Below are positions 1-9,648 of a stretch of 64,000 nucleotides of DNA, piece by piece. Position numbers and translations under genes: made by a program. The DNA comes from a virus: the IMG/VR virus record IMGVR_UViG_3300021468_000001, positions 1 through 64,000 of that record. One strand, 5' to 3'. The notes under the pieces are model-generated. The model was not told where the DNA came from. It saw only the letters and a program-made list of their open reading frames with translations, and did not search any database. The stretch's first letter is position 1; the number at the start of each line of letters is the position of its first letter.

Positions 1-142
1 TTCCCATCTCGAACTCGCCGCACTTGCCCCACAACGTAAATCTTTCGTCAGGATACTCTTCGTAAACAACGTCCATCAATTCTTGATATTTCCATACCTT
101 GCCACATCCGATACACCGCACTTCTGGTGGCAGGAACGTCAT
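1..142 (-). CDS. Hypothetical protein with CxxC motif (partial, runs off window)
   Basis: Manual translation MTFLPPEVRCIGCGKVW...; ATG overlaps the stop of 139..396. Confidence 0.6.
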   Translation of the reverse strand, partial: MTFLPPEVRCIGCGKVWKYQELMDVVYEEYPDERFTLWGKCGEFEMG

Positions 143-396
143 TTCTCACTTCCCAAAACGGCCATCTTCTTTATTTCTTGCCTACGCAATTTGGACATTG
201 CTTCGCCACGCGACCATCCCCAAGCCCAAGATTCGATAGGGTTGTCAATTCGTGCCGCGACCCATGCTATCTTTTTCCGCAACGGATTAGGGTCCACGAC
301 TAAAGAATAAATGGCGATGTTAAATTGCTTGCGCCGACCATCCGCCATCGCAAAAGATATTTTCGCGACATGACTCATTCCCTGTTTTTGCTTCAT
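139..396 (-). CDS. Hypothetical protein, possible HicB-like fold
   Basis: WAWGWSRGEAMSKL motif, shared with 12739..13008; GGAGAGG RBS. Confidence 0.55.
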   Translation of the reverse strand: MKQKQGMSHVAKISFAMADGRRKQFNIAIYSLVVDPNPLRKKIAWVAARIDNPIESWAWGWSRGEAMSKLRRQEIKKMAVLGSEK

Positions 397-409
397 GCTT
401 TCCTCTCCA

Positions 410-507
410 AAACGGCCTCAAAAGCGGGGCAAAGGGCGGCCCGTGAGCGTGGCGTGAGGAAGGCCGCCCCGCCCCTACCCCAGCGGGGAGGCCGGTTTCC
501 GCCGGGG
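410..507 (-). ncRNA. Structured intergenic RNA: two GC-rich hairpins with C/U-rich loops, possible pseudoknot
   Basis: Minus-strand stems CCCCGGCGG/CCGCUGGGG and GGGGCGGCCU/GGGCCGCCCU; G-U pairs favour the minus orientation. Confidence 0.55.
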
Positions 508-1250
508 CTATTTCTTCGCATTGTTATCTCCCCCGTCAACGCGCCGAATCAGGCGAATGGTCGAGCAAGTCACAGAAGCGGGGACTGCTGGCATAGTTGC
601 TTCCGCAACTGCCCGCGGTAACCGCTTGCCCTGTCTTTTGCATCTCCAAAATATCCGCGTCATTTTGGGGTCCCAGTTCGCGTCAGGCAATACGTTTTTT
701 ATGTACTTAACCCCTTTTGCTTCCGCTTCCCATATTTCTGCATCTCGCGCCATATATCCCGCCCAATACCTTGCCCATCCCTTACTCCAAAAGGCAAAAA
801 AAGTCTCCATCTTCATCTGCGCACTTCCACCTTCGGCGTGGAAATCTTTTTCTGAAAGGGGGCGGCGTAAAATACGAATATAACCCCTTTCCCATTTTCC
901 GCAGTAACTTGTAAACCTTTTTCACTTCAGACATCACGGCTTCTCCAGTCTGGCATCTCGTCCCACGTTCTCCCGTCGAGTTCTCGTTTCATGGTTGGTC
1001 TTCTACGCATCGGGCCGCCAGTAATACTTTTCGGCGAGGTGCGGGAATATCGCCGCCGCAAAGTCGCGCGAAACCACTTTGCCGTTGTCGAAAGCGTTGC
1101 GTCCAACTTTGCTCTCCAGTCAGAGAGGATTTGCGCTTCCCAAAGCGGCGTATCGCCCTTGAACTTCTCGCCCCAAACCATCGCCACGGCGACAATATCT
1201 GGTGCGATGGCGCGCACCCATATCTCCGTCACTTCTAATGCTTCTGACAT
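508..1250 (-). other. Two hypothetical CDSs (508..816, 927..1250)
   Basis: Co-oriented with the arm, RBS present, Trp-rich products without recognisable motifs. Confidence 0.65.
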
Positions 1251-1654
1251 TTGTTGGCCTCCTTCAAAATCTCCATTATATGAAGAAATGCCTCGTCGGA
1301 ATACCAGTCCTGTCTATAGTATAACAACAACGCCATGTAGTCCACAAGGTCGTCGAAGCGCCCTTCCAGAAACGCATAAACGGCACGCCGCGCATATCCC
1401 AAAAACAAGCCTCCCTCATCTCCCCAAGGCCATACGCCTTGCTTTACCGCTTGCAGCCATTTTGCTGCATATTTGCGACGCCGTGGGTCCGCCGCACCTA
1501 AGTTAACCTTGCGTTGGTTGAATTTCAAAAGCATGGCTTCATATGCGTTTTCTTTTTCCCAACGCTTCCACCGCCATTCTGTCACGCCTGCCAACAACGC
1601 GGCTGTTCTTTGCGATATGCCAAGTAGTTGTCTTGTCTTTATGACTTCATTCAC
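1235..1654 (-). CDS. XRE/Cro-type helix-turn-helix protein
   Basis: RQLLGISQRTAALLAGVTEWRWKRWE; GTG start at 1654 follows a GAGGAGG RBS. Confidence 0.75.
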   Translation of the reverse strand: MNEVIKTRQLLGISQRTAALLAGVTEWRWKRWEKENAYEAMLLKFNQRKVNLGAADPRRRKYAAKWLQAVKQGVWPWGDEGGLFLGYARRAVYAFLEGRFDDLVDYMALLLYYRQDWYSDEAFLHIMEILKEANKCQKH

Positions 1655-1841
1655 TCTTTGGCCTCCTCTTTCGTTTTCCTGAAGGTTTGAACCCGATACG
1701 CTGTTCCACCTTGCACTTCTTCGCCAGCTTTTCGTAGATTCTCGCCGCTTCACGGTAGCGATTGGCCGCCTCTATACAACATTCAGCAGCCTCTTCTAGA
1801 CATTCGACAGGATCCTTTTCTTCTTCCTTTTGCTCATTCAT
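1647..1841 (-). CDS. Hypothetical protein; paralog of the N-terminus of 11808..12215
   Basis: MNEQ...LEEAA.C..EA shared; DNA-level repeat. Confidence 0.6.
   Translation of the reverse strand: MNEQKEEEKDPVECLEEAAECCIEAANRYREAARIYEKLAKKCKVEQRIGFKPSGKRKRRPKSE
1663..1685. repeat. 23-bp exact repeat, second copy at 12101..12123
   Basis: CTCCTCTTTCGTTTTCCTGAAGG at both positions. Confidence 0.9.
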
Positions 1842-2103
1842 TTCAGCCTCCTCACAGATACTCACAGTTAGTATCAGGAATTTCCTCGCCTAATCGCTCT
1901 GCCTCCATCTTTTCCCAAAGGCAGTCCGCTTTTCGGATCCAGTTAGGGCACGTGTTTGCTTCTATCTCAAGGACTTCCTCTATGAATTTCTTTGCTTTGC
2001 GAAAGGGGATGCCGCGCAACAAAAATATGTTCATGGTTTCTGTTACATCGACTTTAACCCAAACCCTTCTGGTCCGAGACTTCCTCATTTTGGCCTCCTT
2101 CAA

Positions 2104-2445
2104 TCAATAAAAAGAAACGAGGATTTTCTCCCAATCGCCAATTGGGGCAGCGATGAGGATTTGCCCGCATTTCTCACAGATACCAAACCAACAATGTATT
2201 TTGTAGGGCCCTGTTTTTATTGTATGCCTTTCCAGTGTTACATACGAAAGAGGGAGGGACGGTTCGTAGTCTGGCACCCTTTCGGGACATTGTGGACATA
2301 GGAAAAGAAGTTTGTCTTCAGGAAAAACATCTTGCTCCGCCTTCTTTACGTCATACGGGTTTAATCCCCCAATTTGCTCCATCGTTGGCCTTCCGTGGAA
2401 ATGCCGGGCGTTCCACTGCTTGGAGTAACGCAACTCGATTTTCAT
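2104..2445 (-). CDS. Zinc-binding protein, paralog of 2948..3316
   Basis: CPQCP...WFGICEKCGQ...DW. Confidence 0.7.
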   Translation of the reverse strand: MKIELRYSKQWNARHFHGRPTMEQIGGLNPYDVKKAEQDVFPEDKLLFLCPQCPERVPDYEPSLPLSYVTLERHTIKTGPYKIHCWFGICEKCGQILIAAPIGDWEKILVSFY

Positions 2446-2951
2446 TCTCCGGCCTCCTCGTTTATTTTCGCAATCGCGCGGCGCATTCGCCTAAGGGTCT
2501 CACTGTCCCATTCGCTTTTTGCGGCCTCGGCGAGTGGCTTGATAGCGCGCTTATCTCCAATTCTCCCAAGCGCTATTGCAGCACCCCAGCGAACAAACTC
2601 GTGCTCATCCTTCAACGCTTCGATGAGCGGCACAACCGCGCGCCTGTCGCCGATTTCGCCGAGCGCCAGTGCGACTGCTCCGCGGACCCGAACTTCCAGG
2701 TCTTTTAATTTTCCTATCAGCGGACGAATCGCGTGCCTATCCTTGATTTTACCGAGCGCATGGGCCGATATGCTCCGGACAAAACCATCGGTATCTTCCA
2801 ATAGCCTTTTGATAAGGGGCTTCACAAAGTGCTTGTCGCCAACTTCGCAGGTTCTATATATCTCTAAAACAGCCTTCGTCCGATTTTGAACGTCAACATC
2901 TTCGAGCATTCTGATAAGTTTTTCGGCATTCTCTTCACTTCGCTCGCTCAT
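2442..2951 (-). CDS. HEAT-repeat (PBS lyase-like) protein
   Basis: Repeated VR..AA.ALG.IGD.RA..PLI..L.D units. Confidence 0.92.
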   Translation of the reverse strand: MSERSEENAEKLIRMLEDVDVQNRTKAVLEIYRTCEVGDKHFVKPLIKRLLEDTDGFVRSISAHALGKIKDRHAIRPLIGKLKDLEVRVRGAVALALGEIGDRRAVVPLIEALKDEHEFVRWGAAIALGRIGDKRAIKPLAEAAKSEWDSETLRRMRRAIAKINEEAGE

Positions 2952-3316
2952 CGTTCGGCCTCCTCTAACCCCCAAAGCCACCGGAACCATCTATCTTCTT
3001 CCATACGCTGAATTGCAAGAGCCTCAAAGTATGTGTTCACTTCTGACCAATCAAAATAAGCAACCGTCGTTTGGCCGCACCTCCCACAGGCGCCAATCCA
3101 AATTGATATCGGCAGGTCTTTTGTGGGAACAAGGAATCTACGTTCCTTCATCTCAACAATGCTTTCCACGAGACTGTCAGGCGGCTCGCTCTCACCGATA
3201 AACAAGTAAGGGCAAACAGGACACGGCACTTTGATGACAGAGTTTCTGGGGACCGTTATTTGCCATGCGTGCTTTTTGTCAGGAATCGTTGCGACTTCTA
3301 ACTCGACTACGTTCAT
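2948..3316 (-). CDS. Zinc-binding protein, paralog of 2104..2445
   Basis: CPVCP...WIGACGRCGQ...DW. Confidence 0.7.
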   Translation of the reverse strand: MNVVELEVATIPDKKHAWQITVPRNSVIKVPCPVCPYLFIGESEPPDSLVESIVEMKERRFLVPTKDLPISIWIGACGRCGQTTVAYFDWSEVNTYFEALAIQRMEEDRWFRWLWGLEEAER

Positions 3317-3783
3317 TCTTCGGCCTCCTCATCTGCCTTCACAACCAGAATAAATCCCCACGCCGCCAGCACCAGCACGCCTATCACAACCGGCCACCAC
3401 CACGTCGCCCTGCCGAGCGAAGCCATGACTGCAAGCGTGAACGTGGCCACAGGCCCCAGCACCACGGCGAAGAGCGCCACAAAGACAAGTAGCATCCGCC
3501 AGAGAATCCAAGCGGTGGCGTTAAAACGGCTCATGGGAAAGTCCCTCGAAACCAGCCATACTCCGCTACTCTGGCGTTTGAGATACACGATTAAAATTAG
3601 CGACCATGCCGCTGCCACAATTGCACCTGTCGCAACTGGCCACCACCATATTACATTATCAAGTGCGGCCAGAACGATAAGTGCAACAGTAAGAAGTGGG
3701 CCAAACGTAGCGCAAAGCAGAACCACAACGAGGAGCATTATTCCGATAGCCCACGCCACGCCACTAAGGAATTTACCCATCAC
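3313..3783 (-). CDS. Membrane protein with internal tandem duplication
   Basis: Two copies of GP..T..L.V.A.L....WWWPV..G.....AW..IL. Confidence 0.8.
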   Translation of the reverse strand: MMGKFLSGVAWAIGIMLLVVVLLCATFGPLLTVALIVLAALDNVIWWWPVATGAIVAAAWSLILIVYLKRQSSGVWLVSRDFPMSRFNATAWILWRMLLVFVALFAVVLGPVATFTLAVMASLGRATWWWPVVIGVLVLAAWGFILVVKADEEAEE

Positions 3784-4054
3784 CGCTCTCCTCCAAATAA
3801 ACTGTGATTTGATTTTCCCAAAATATCGAGACCTGCATCAATCATATCGCAATGATGGCCAGACCTGCTTGCTAAAATCATCATCCACGTTACTGCCCCT
3901 AAGAGGCTATCTTTCTGTCCAGCCAAGAGTGCCCTAACTGCAACTTTAGATAGCGCACGAACCTCGCGCTCTTCTTTCGTTCCGTTAGGACGCATCCATC
4001 GTTTTATTTTCCGCAACCATTGCGTTGCGTATTTCCGGCGCCGGGCGATTGTTT

Positions 4055-5047
4055 TTAGCATCTATTACCTCCTCTTTTCGCAAATGGGAGCGGAGGTGCA
4101 GTTGTTGCAACCCTCCATCTCGCAAACTTTACCGTTTCAGGATTCAATTCGATTCCGATAAAATGACGCCCGAGGCGCTTTGCGACCGCAGCCACCGTTC
4201 CAGATCCGATGAATGGATCAAGCACGACTCCACCCGGTGGGGATCCTGCAAGAATTGCAGGCTCAACGAGTTTTTCCGGGAATGCCGTAAGATGTAAGCT
4301 AAAAGATTTTGCCGGAGGTATCGTCCAAACATCTCCTGGGTTCTTGCCTTTCTGCCCCGGCTTTTCGCCAATCGGGACTCCACCACTATCATGCCGTTCT
4401 TTTTCTGCGGAACTTGCTTTTGCCCCAACAAGTTTTGCTCCCCGCCTTTTGCTCTTTGCCTCACGAACACGATAATTGAATTTTGCAGGCCCAGTTTTAT
4501 GAGGTACGCGGATGGCGTCCAGGTCGAAATAATATCGAGGATTCTTAGCGAAAAGAATAAATGGTTCCCAGGTTACTGCGAGACGGTCTCGTACTGATTC
4601 CGGTATTGGATTGGGTTTTCTCCATACAATCCAATTCCGCAAAGTCCATCCTAGGCGGTCCACCATCGCAATTGAGAAACGTTGTGGAATTTGTAAAAGA
4701 CACTTTGGCTGATGCTTGCGAATCCTTGCTTTTGGCGGATTGTCGGGATGGTAGTCTTCGTTCGCCCACGATCTTGATATTCCCTTCCCGCCACCAGAAG
4801 CATACGTATCGCCAATATTGACCCAGCAAGTACCGGAGTCTTTTAACGCCCTCCTAACTTCGGCAAAGATTTCGATTAGTCGATCAATATACTCACCAAT
4901 CGATCCTTCAAGCCCTAATTGCCCATCCACTCCGTAGTCGCGCTGCGAAAAATACGGCGGTGACGTGATTACGCAATCAACGCTTTCACTAGGAACCTGC
5001 TCCATGATCTCTAACGCATCGCCCTGATAAATTGTGTCCAGTTCCAT
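4055..5047 (-). CDS. DNA methyltransferase, N4/N6 family (beta class)
   Basis: TSPPY catalytic motif N-terminal, VLDPFIGSGT SAM-binding motif C-terminal. Confidence 0.95.
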   Translation of the reverse strand: MELDTIYQGDALEIMEQVPSESVDCVITSPPYFSQRDYGVDGQLGLEGSIGEYIDRLIEIFAEVRRALKDSGTCWVNIGDTYASGGGKGISRSWANEDYHPDNPPKARIRKHQPKCLLQIPQRFSIAMVDRLGWTLRNWIVWRKPNPIPESVRDRLAVTWEPFILFAKNPRYYFDLDAIRVPHKTGPAKFNYRVREAKSKRRGAKLVGAKASSAEKERHDSGGVPIGEKPGQKGKNPGDVWTIPPAKSFSLHLTAFPEKLVEPAILAGSPPGGVVLDPFIGSGTVAAVAKRLGRHFIGIELNPETVKFARWRVATTAPPLPFAKRGGNRC

Positions 5048-5066
5048 AATTCATTCCTCTCAATTC

Positions 5067-5098
5067 GGGTAGGGGCGGCTGCTTAACCGCCCCCACCC
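5067..5098 (-). promoter_or_regulatory. 14-bp GC-rich hairpin upstream of the methylase RBS
   Basis: GGGUGGGGGCGGUU-AAGC-AGCCGCCCCUACCC; no U-tract, so more likely a stabilising or processing hairpin than a terminator. Confidence 0.5.
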
Positions 5099-5993
5099 TG
5101 CGCGCCGGTGGGGAGGCCATCCACCGACGAACTTACTATCGGTACTAGAAATAAAAACTTCTTCTGCTTTACAGCAATCTTGGCAATTCGCTTTGCGATA
5201 ACGCCCCCAACCTTACAATACTCATTTACAAGAGTTGCTACCACTTTCTCAACCGATTTTTCAGACACTTTCAAACTCGCAACGCATTCTCCCTCGCGTT
5301 TTATCCTTATATTTATAGCCGCATACCACTTCTCGATCTCTATTTCCCACCGAACACCAGACAATCCTTCTTTCAATCTTCGTCCTCCCCATACAGCGTT
5401 GATAAGTGGAACTTCACATCCTCAAGCATTCTATCCGCCAAAAAATCCGAAGGCGAAACCCAACTTCCTTCATTCTTCTTTCTCTGCTGGTTGTTCGCTC
5501 GCCATTCTCTTGCAAGGTCGCAATGGCAAATTGAAAAAGCCTTCGGTGCAATCCTATGCGCGAGTTCATTGGCGGCATCTCTTGTGTCCTTGCCAATCGC
5601 AAAAAGATTCGATGGAGCACTTAGCGCAACGATGAACACAAAGTTTTCAAATTCAAATACTGCAATTTTGAACTGGCCTCTTCTTGAACATGCAGGACAT
5701 TGTACACTGATCCAATCTACCTTTGATGAAACAACATTCGGCTGCATTTACTGGCAACCTCCTATCAGAAAGAGAAAGAAGCAGAGACAAATAAAGGCGA
5801 ACGGCAGCATGATTATAAAAGTAAGCCAAAGAACCCCATGAGCTGCGAGAGGCACGCGGTCCTCAAACTGGACGGGCTCGTAGTAACGTTCACCTCGCGA
5901 CCAATGCCGTCGTGGACGCTTCGAGTATCTCGGTCTTTCTCTTTCTGATCGTAACCGCCTCGGGTAAGATCGCCTTGGATAATTTCGTCTCAC
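5083..5993 (-). other. Three hypothetical CDSs (5083..5376; 5373..5747 with CxxC; 5748..5993 Arg-rich with C-terminal TM helix)
   Basis: Coupled starts and stops, RBSs. Confidence 0.7.
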
Positions 5994-6023
5994 AACAAGA
6001 CCTCCAACTAGTTTGTAAAAACG

Positions 6024-6081
6024 GGCGGGGCGACCCTAAGTGGGTGAGGTGGTGATGCCAAAAGAAAGGAATCGCCCCGCC
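6024..6081 (-). ncRNA. Large-loop hairpin with anti-RBS loop, followed by U-tract
   Basis: Stem GGCGGGGCGAUUC/GGGUCGCCCCGCC; 32-nt loop contains CAUCACCACCUC. Confidence 0.55.
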
Positions 6082-6090
6082 GCATTTTTT

Positions 6091-6624
6091 TCAAATCCAT
6101 TCTCCGTCTACGTCCCTTACTTGCTTTATAACTAGTTCGAGCGCTTTCAAAAACGCACCTTTCGCATCTTCTCTGCTAGGCATAAAGAGAAATGGAATGC
6201 CAAAGCAAACATGCCACGAAACAATTGAGCCCCAAATCGCAGTCTGCCGAATGGCCCTTCCAGTAGTTGCGGCAATAAGAGAACTAAGAGAGAACTCGCA
6301 AATCACACAGCGAAACTCAAACTTCTGAAGCCTACGGAGTTCGTTTTCCCATCTATTGCGCTCTGGCCCGATCATCGAAAGAAACTCATTGGGGCTTCCT
6401 TTTCGCTCGATAGCAAAAACGTTGCGTAGGTCAAGGTCGCCAACAATTGCTGAATAGTCTCCCGTTTCAAGCCGCACTTTTCTTGATAGCGAAAATCCCC
6501 ACGGATCTTGTTCTCTTTCATCAATCAATACAATTGCGCTGTCGATCAACCGCTTCACCGTTTTTGTTCGCGGCTCGCTGAAAAGGCTTGTACCCCAATC
6601 TTTTGACCAATCAACTCTTGGCAT
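6091..6624 (-). CDS. ERCC4/XPF-family nuclease (probable junction resolvase)
   Basis: IDEREQ, LETGDY, AIERK motifs. Confidence 0.92.
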   Translation of the reverse strand: MPRVDWSKDWGTSLFSEPRTKTVKRLIDSAIVLIDEREQDPWGFSLSRKVRLETGDYSAIVGDLDLRNVFAIERKGSPNEFLSMIGPERNRWENELRRLQKFEFRCVICEFSLSSLIAATTGRAIRQTAIWGSIVSWHVCFGIPFLFMPSREDAKGAFLKALELVIKQVRDVDGEWI

Positions 6625-6626
6625 CT

Positions 6627-8009
6627 TTATCCCTCGATTTGCGCGGGATCGCCTACCACCCGAATCCTAAAACGCATTGCTTCATATTGCCTCTTTCGCG
6701 CAAAGAAGAGAACCTGCCCAAATCCCCCATCAAAAAGATCAACCACCAAAGGAGATTTTGATCCGCTCGCACCTTTTCGCATGACCCTGCCAACCCTTTG
6801 CTTAGTTTTTACTTTGCCCCCAGCCGGGGCGCAGAGAATTAGTGCATCGCATTCGGGGAAGTCAGTTCCCTCTCCAAGGAGTTGTTCGGTTGCCACCAAA
6901 ACCCCGATTGTGGAATGCCTAAAGTCCTCAATGTTTTTTGCACTTTCCCTAGCCCTTCCATGAGCAATCGAGTTATCAATCCCTGCATCCTTGATTTTTT
7001 GGCTTAAGGCCTTAACGTGGCCAACTCGCGACGTCAACAATAAAATCTTCTTCTTCCCGATGTTACGTAATCGCTCGACAGTTTTTGTAATTAGCGTATC
7101 GCGCTGCCTTGATGCGAGGATTTCCGCAACAAAAACCTGGAAGAACGTCTTTCTCAAGTACCCACATTCTTTTGGATTGATTTTGCAACGCTGCCTGAAC
7201 TTGCACTTCTCAAGGCAAAAATCAGCCTCGGAACTTGAGACGTTCGTTTTCAAAAAGAAGACTGTCGGTAGCGCAAGTACATTTCTTGCGTCCTCCAGTG
7301 AAATCTTATAGACGAAGCTTGAAAGCAAAAACCTAAAGCACTTCCCAAACTCATCTCTTCTATGAAGCGTTGCGGTCAACCCAAAACGGTATTTTGCCTC
7401 GGCCCATTCAAGAACTTGAATGAACTTCTGCGCCGGGACATGAGCCACCTCATCCAGTATAATACAACCGTAGTCATCAGAAATGTACCCTTGATACAGA
7501 ATTTTTTGAAACGTTGCGATTGTAATTGCAGACTCTGCCCGTTTCTTTCTTCCCCAATTGCAATCTGCCTTGATGCCTAAAAACTTCTTACAGGCTTTCC
7601 ACGTCTGTTCCGCAATGTTTTTTGTAGGGACCAAAAATAGCGTCTTGACTCGTAACCTTGATGCCAACGCAATACCGATTATCGTTTTGCCAGAGCCCGT
7701 TGGGGCTTCCAGGTACCCGCTCTCTCTTCTGGCCAACTCACTTACTGCTTTTTCTTGAAACGGAAACAGCCTTCCGCGAAAAGACGGGAACCCAGGTTCT
7801 TCCCACGGCTCAACCAACTCGAAGGGTATGTGCACCCGCTCTGCCATCCCGCGATGAACAAAAACAGCATCTTCGTCGCGCTTGATGATTCTGTTTATTG
7901 TCTCCTGTGAAAGGCTACTCGTTAGCTGGCGAATCCGAGGCCATAGCGCATCAAATTGCTCTTTTGAGACTCTGACCATGCCATCGCGGCTAGGCTCAAT
8001 AAATCTCAT
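6627..8009 (-). CDS. Superfamily 2 DNA helicase (XPB/Rad25-like)
   Basis: APTGSGKT, DEVAH, GLTAT, QRVGRVMR. Confidence 0.93.
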   Translation of the reverse strand: MRFIEPSRDGMVRVSKEQFDALWPRIRQLTSSLSQETINRIIKRDEDAVFVHRGMAERVHIPFELVEPWEEPGFPSFRGRLFPFQEKAVSELARRESGYLEAPTGSGKTIIGIALASRLRVKTLFLVPTKNIAEQTWKACKKFLGIKADCNWGRKKRAESAITIATFQKILYQGYISDDYGCIILDEVAHVPAQKFIQVLEWAEAKYRFGLTATLHRRDEFGKCFRFLLSSFVYKISLEDARNVLALPTVFFLKTNVSSSEADFCLEKCKFRQRCKINPKECGYLRKTFFQVFVAEILASRQRDTLITKTVERLRNIGKKKILLLTSRVGHVKALSQKIKDAGIDNSIAHGRARESAKNIEDFRHSTIGVLVATEQLLGEGTDFPECDALILCAPAGGKVKTKQRVGRVMRKGASGSKSPLVVDLFDGGFGQVLFFARKRQYEAMRFRIRVVGDPAQIEG

Positions 8010-8427
8010 CTAAGTCATCTCCGTCCTCATTCTTATCAACCGGTTCTGTCTCCACTGTAAACTCTGGAGCAGGCTCGGCAGACGCAATCCGATTTACCTT
8101 CCCAAAACTAAACTCTCGGACCTCAACATCAGCGAAGATTGCTTTCCCGACGATCATTTGGGGTTTATAGTCCACCTCTTTCCCGGCAGACTGATCTTCA
8201 GGAAAGATTGCAGCGAGCACCTTTTTAACGTACCACAGCGCTTTCTCACTCCAAAGCCACCTATCGCTCATTCTTTTTCCCTTTGCATCAGGGGGATCAA
8301 TCACTTCGAAGAACACATGCCAGATTTCGTTTCCATCAGCATCAAAAGACGAACTTACAGACTGAACTCGCAGCGTGTAGCTACCTTCCGGCAAAACCCC
8401 ATCATCGCCCCAATTCACCTTCGGCAT
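7996..8427 (-). CDS. DUF669-like single-stranded DNA-binding protein
   Basis: LPEGSY start, predicted OB-fold pattern, acidic C-terminal tail (EDGDDLDEIY), between helicases. Confidence 0.75.
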   Translation of the reverse strand: MPKVNWGDDGVLPEGSYTLRVQSVSSSFDADGNEIWHVFFEVIDPPDAKGKRMSDRWLWSEKALWYVKKVLAAIFPEDQSAGKEVDYKPQMIVGKAIFADVEVREFSFGKVNRIASAEPAPEFTVETEPVDKNEDGDDLDEIY

Positions 8428-9359
8428 CGCGCGACCTCCTCAAAAAAAGGACTTTGAATTTGCCAGCAGAAAACCCTGGCGATTTTTGTTGCCAACTTCC
8501 CCATTCTCCAACTCGTGGGATCTCGGTCAATTAGCATCACTACTTCACTACAAGAGTTCTGGTTGCCCCGTCCAATTGACTGAATTATCCTAATCATGCT
8601 TTTGCTCGGCGTTGCAAGAATTACACCTTCCAGATTTTGCGGATGAAACCCCTCACTGGCAAATGAATAAGTTGTTACAAATGGCCCCTCCAACTTACTT
8701 GGGTCCAATTTTCTCCGCGGCTCCCACCATTTGGCAGCTCCATTTTTCTCAAGAATCGAAGCATGTGCTCGCAACCGTGTTAGGATTAGAACTATTTTCC
8801 CTTTGGTTTTCATCGAAAGCGCAATGTCTTTAATAAGCTGGTTCCTCGCCTGGTCGTTGGCCCTTTGCTGGTCGTTATGCCACCTTGCCCAGGTTCCCAT
8901 GACCTTAAATTTTACAGGTACCGCTCTTCCAGCGCAACGTAATCTTCGTGCTTGCGGGAAAAAGAACCCCAGTTTTTTCAAGAATCGGTATGATTCTGTT
9001 GTTAGCATCGCCGTTAGACCCAACACTCTTTTCCCTGCTCCAACCGCTTGCTTCACGATACTTTGATAACTATCAGATTGAGCATGGTGGATCTCGTCGA
9101 TTGCCACAAATCCCCTGAACGTGTATTTCCCTCGCGCGAACGCGGAGAGAACGTTTGCCGCAATCCCGTTTTGGGCTGCTCTCCGAACCCACTGCTGCGC
9201 GATATTTCTCCTATGAGTGATTATCGTGATGCTTTGATACCCCAAGTTTCTAGCCACATCAAAAGTGGTTTGCGTTTTGCCCCACCCGGGCGGAGCCAAA
9301 AGGATGACCCGGCCGAAGCGTCGTAGTAACTCGGCGACTCGCGGGATAACGCTATCCAT
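8415..9359 (-). CDS. Second, compact SF2 helicase-like protein
   Basis: APPGWGKT, DEIHH, GLTA, IQSIGRG. Confidence 0.85.
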   Translation of the reverse strand: MDSVIPRVAELLRRFGRVILLAPPGWGKTQTTFDVARNLGYQSITIITHRRNIAQQWVRRAAQNGIAANVLSAFARGKYTFRGFVAIDEIHHAQSDSYQSIVKQAVGAGKRVLGLTAMLTTESYRFLKKLGFFFPQARRLRCAGRAVPVKFKVMGTWARWHNDQQRANDQARNQLIKDIALSMKTKGKIVLILTRLRAHASILEKNGAAKWWEPRRKLDPSKLEGPFVTTYSFASEGFHPQNLEGVILATPSKSMIRIIQSIGRGNQNSCSEVVMLIDRDPTSWRMGKLATKIARVFCWQIQSPFFEEVARCRR

Positions 9360-9648
9360 AGCGGCGAATCCCAAGCGCCCTGCAAATCGCCAAAAGTCCC
9401 TGAACTATCCTTTCCGTTCCCTCTTTCCAGGCGAGTGGCGGTTGGGGTTGTTTGCCGCTGTTCCAAAAGAGAAAGAGGCTCGCGATTGCGTCGGCTGCCT
9501 TGACACGTTCATCGAACTCCATTCCCTTACCATCCATTGAGACAAACTCTACCTCTTCCATTTTCCCGCTCTTGAGAATTCGCCGCTTCAATTCTTTGCA
9601 CTTCTCACACTTTGACGTGGTAAAAATGAAAGTTCGTGGCGTTCCCAT
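9352..9648 (-). CDS. Glutaredoxin/thioredoxin-like protein
   Basis: IFTTSKCEKCKELK; ATG 9648 follows a GGAGG RBS. Confidence 0.75.
   Translation of the reverse strand: MGTPRTFIFTTSKCEKCKELKRRILKSGKMEEVEFVSMDGKGMEFDERVKAADAIASLFLFWNSGKQPQPPLAWKEGTERIVQGLLAICRALGIRRYG

Noticed and set aside
825-892. Two small hairpins in the 817-926 gap (GAAAGGGG/CCCCTTTC and TTCCAC/GTGGAA)
   Set aside because: Short stems, no anti-SD loop or U-tract; function cannot be supported
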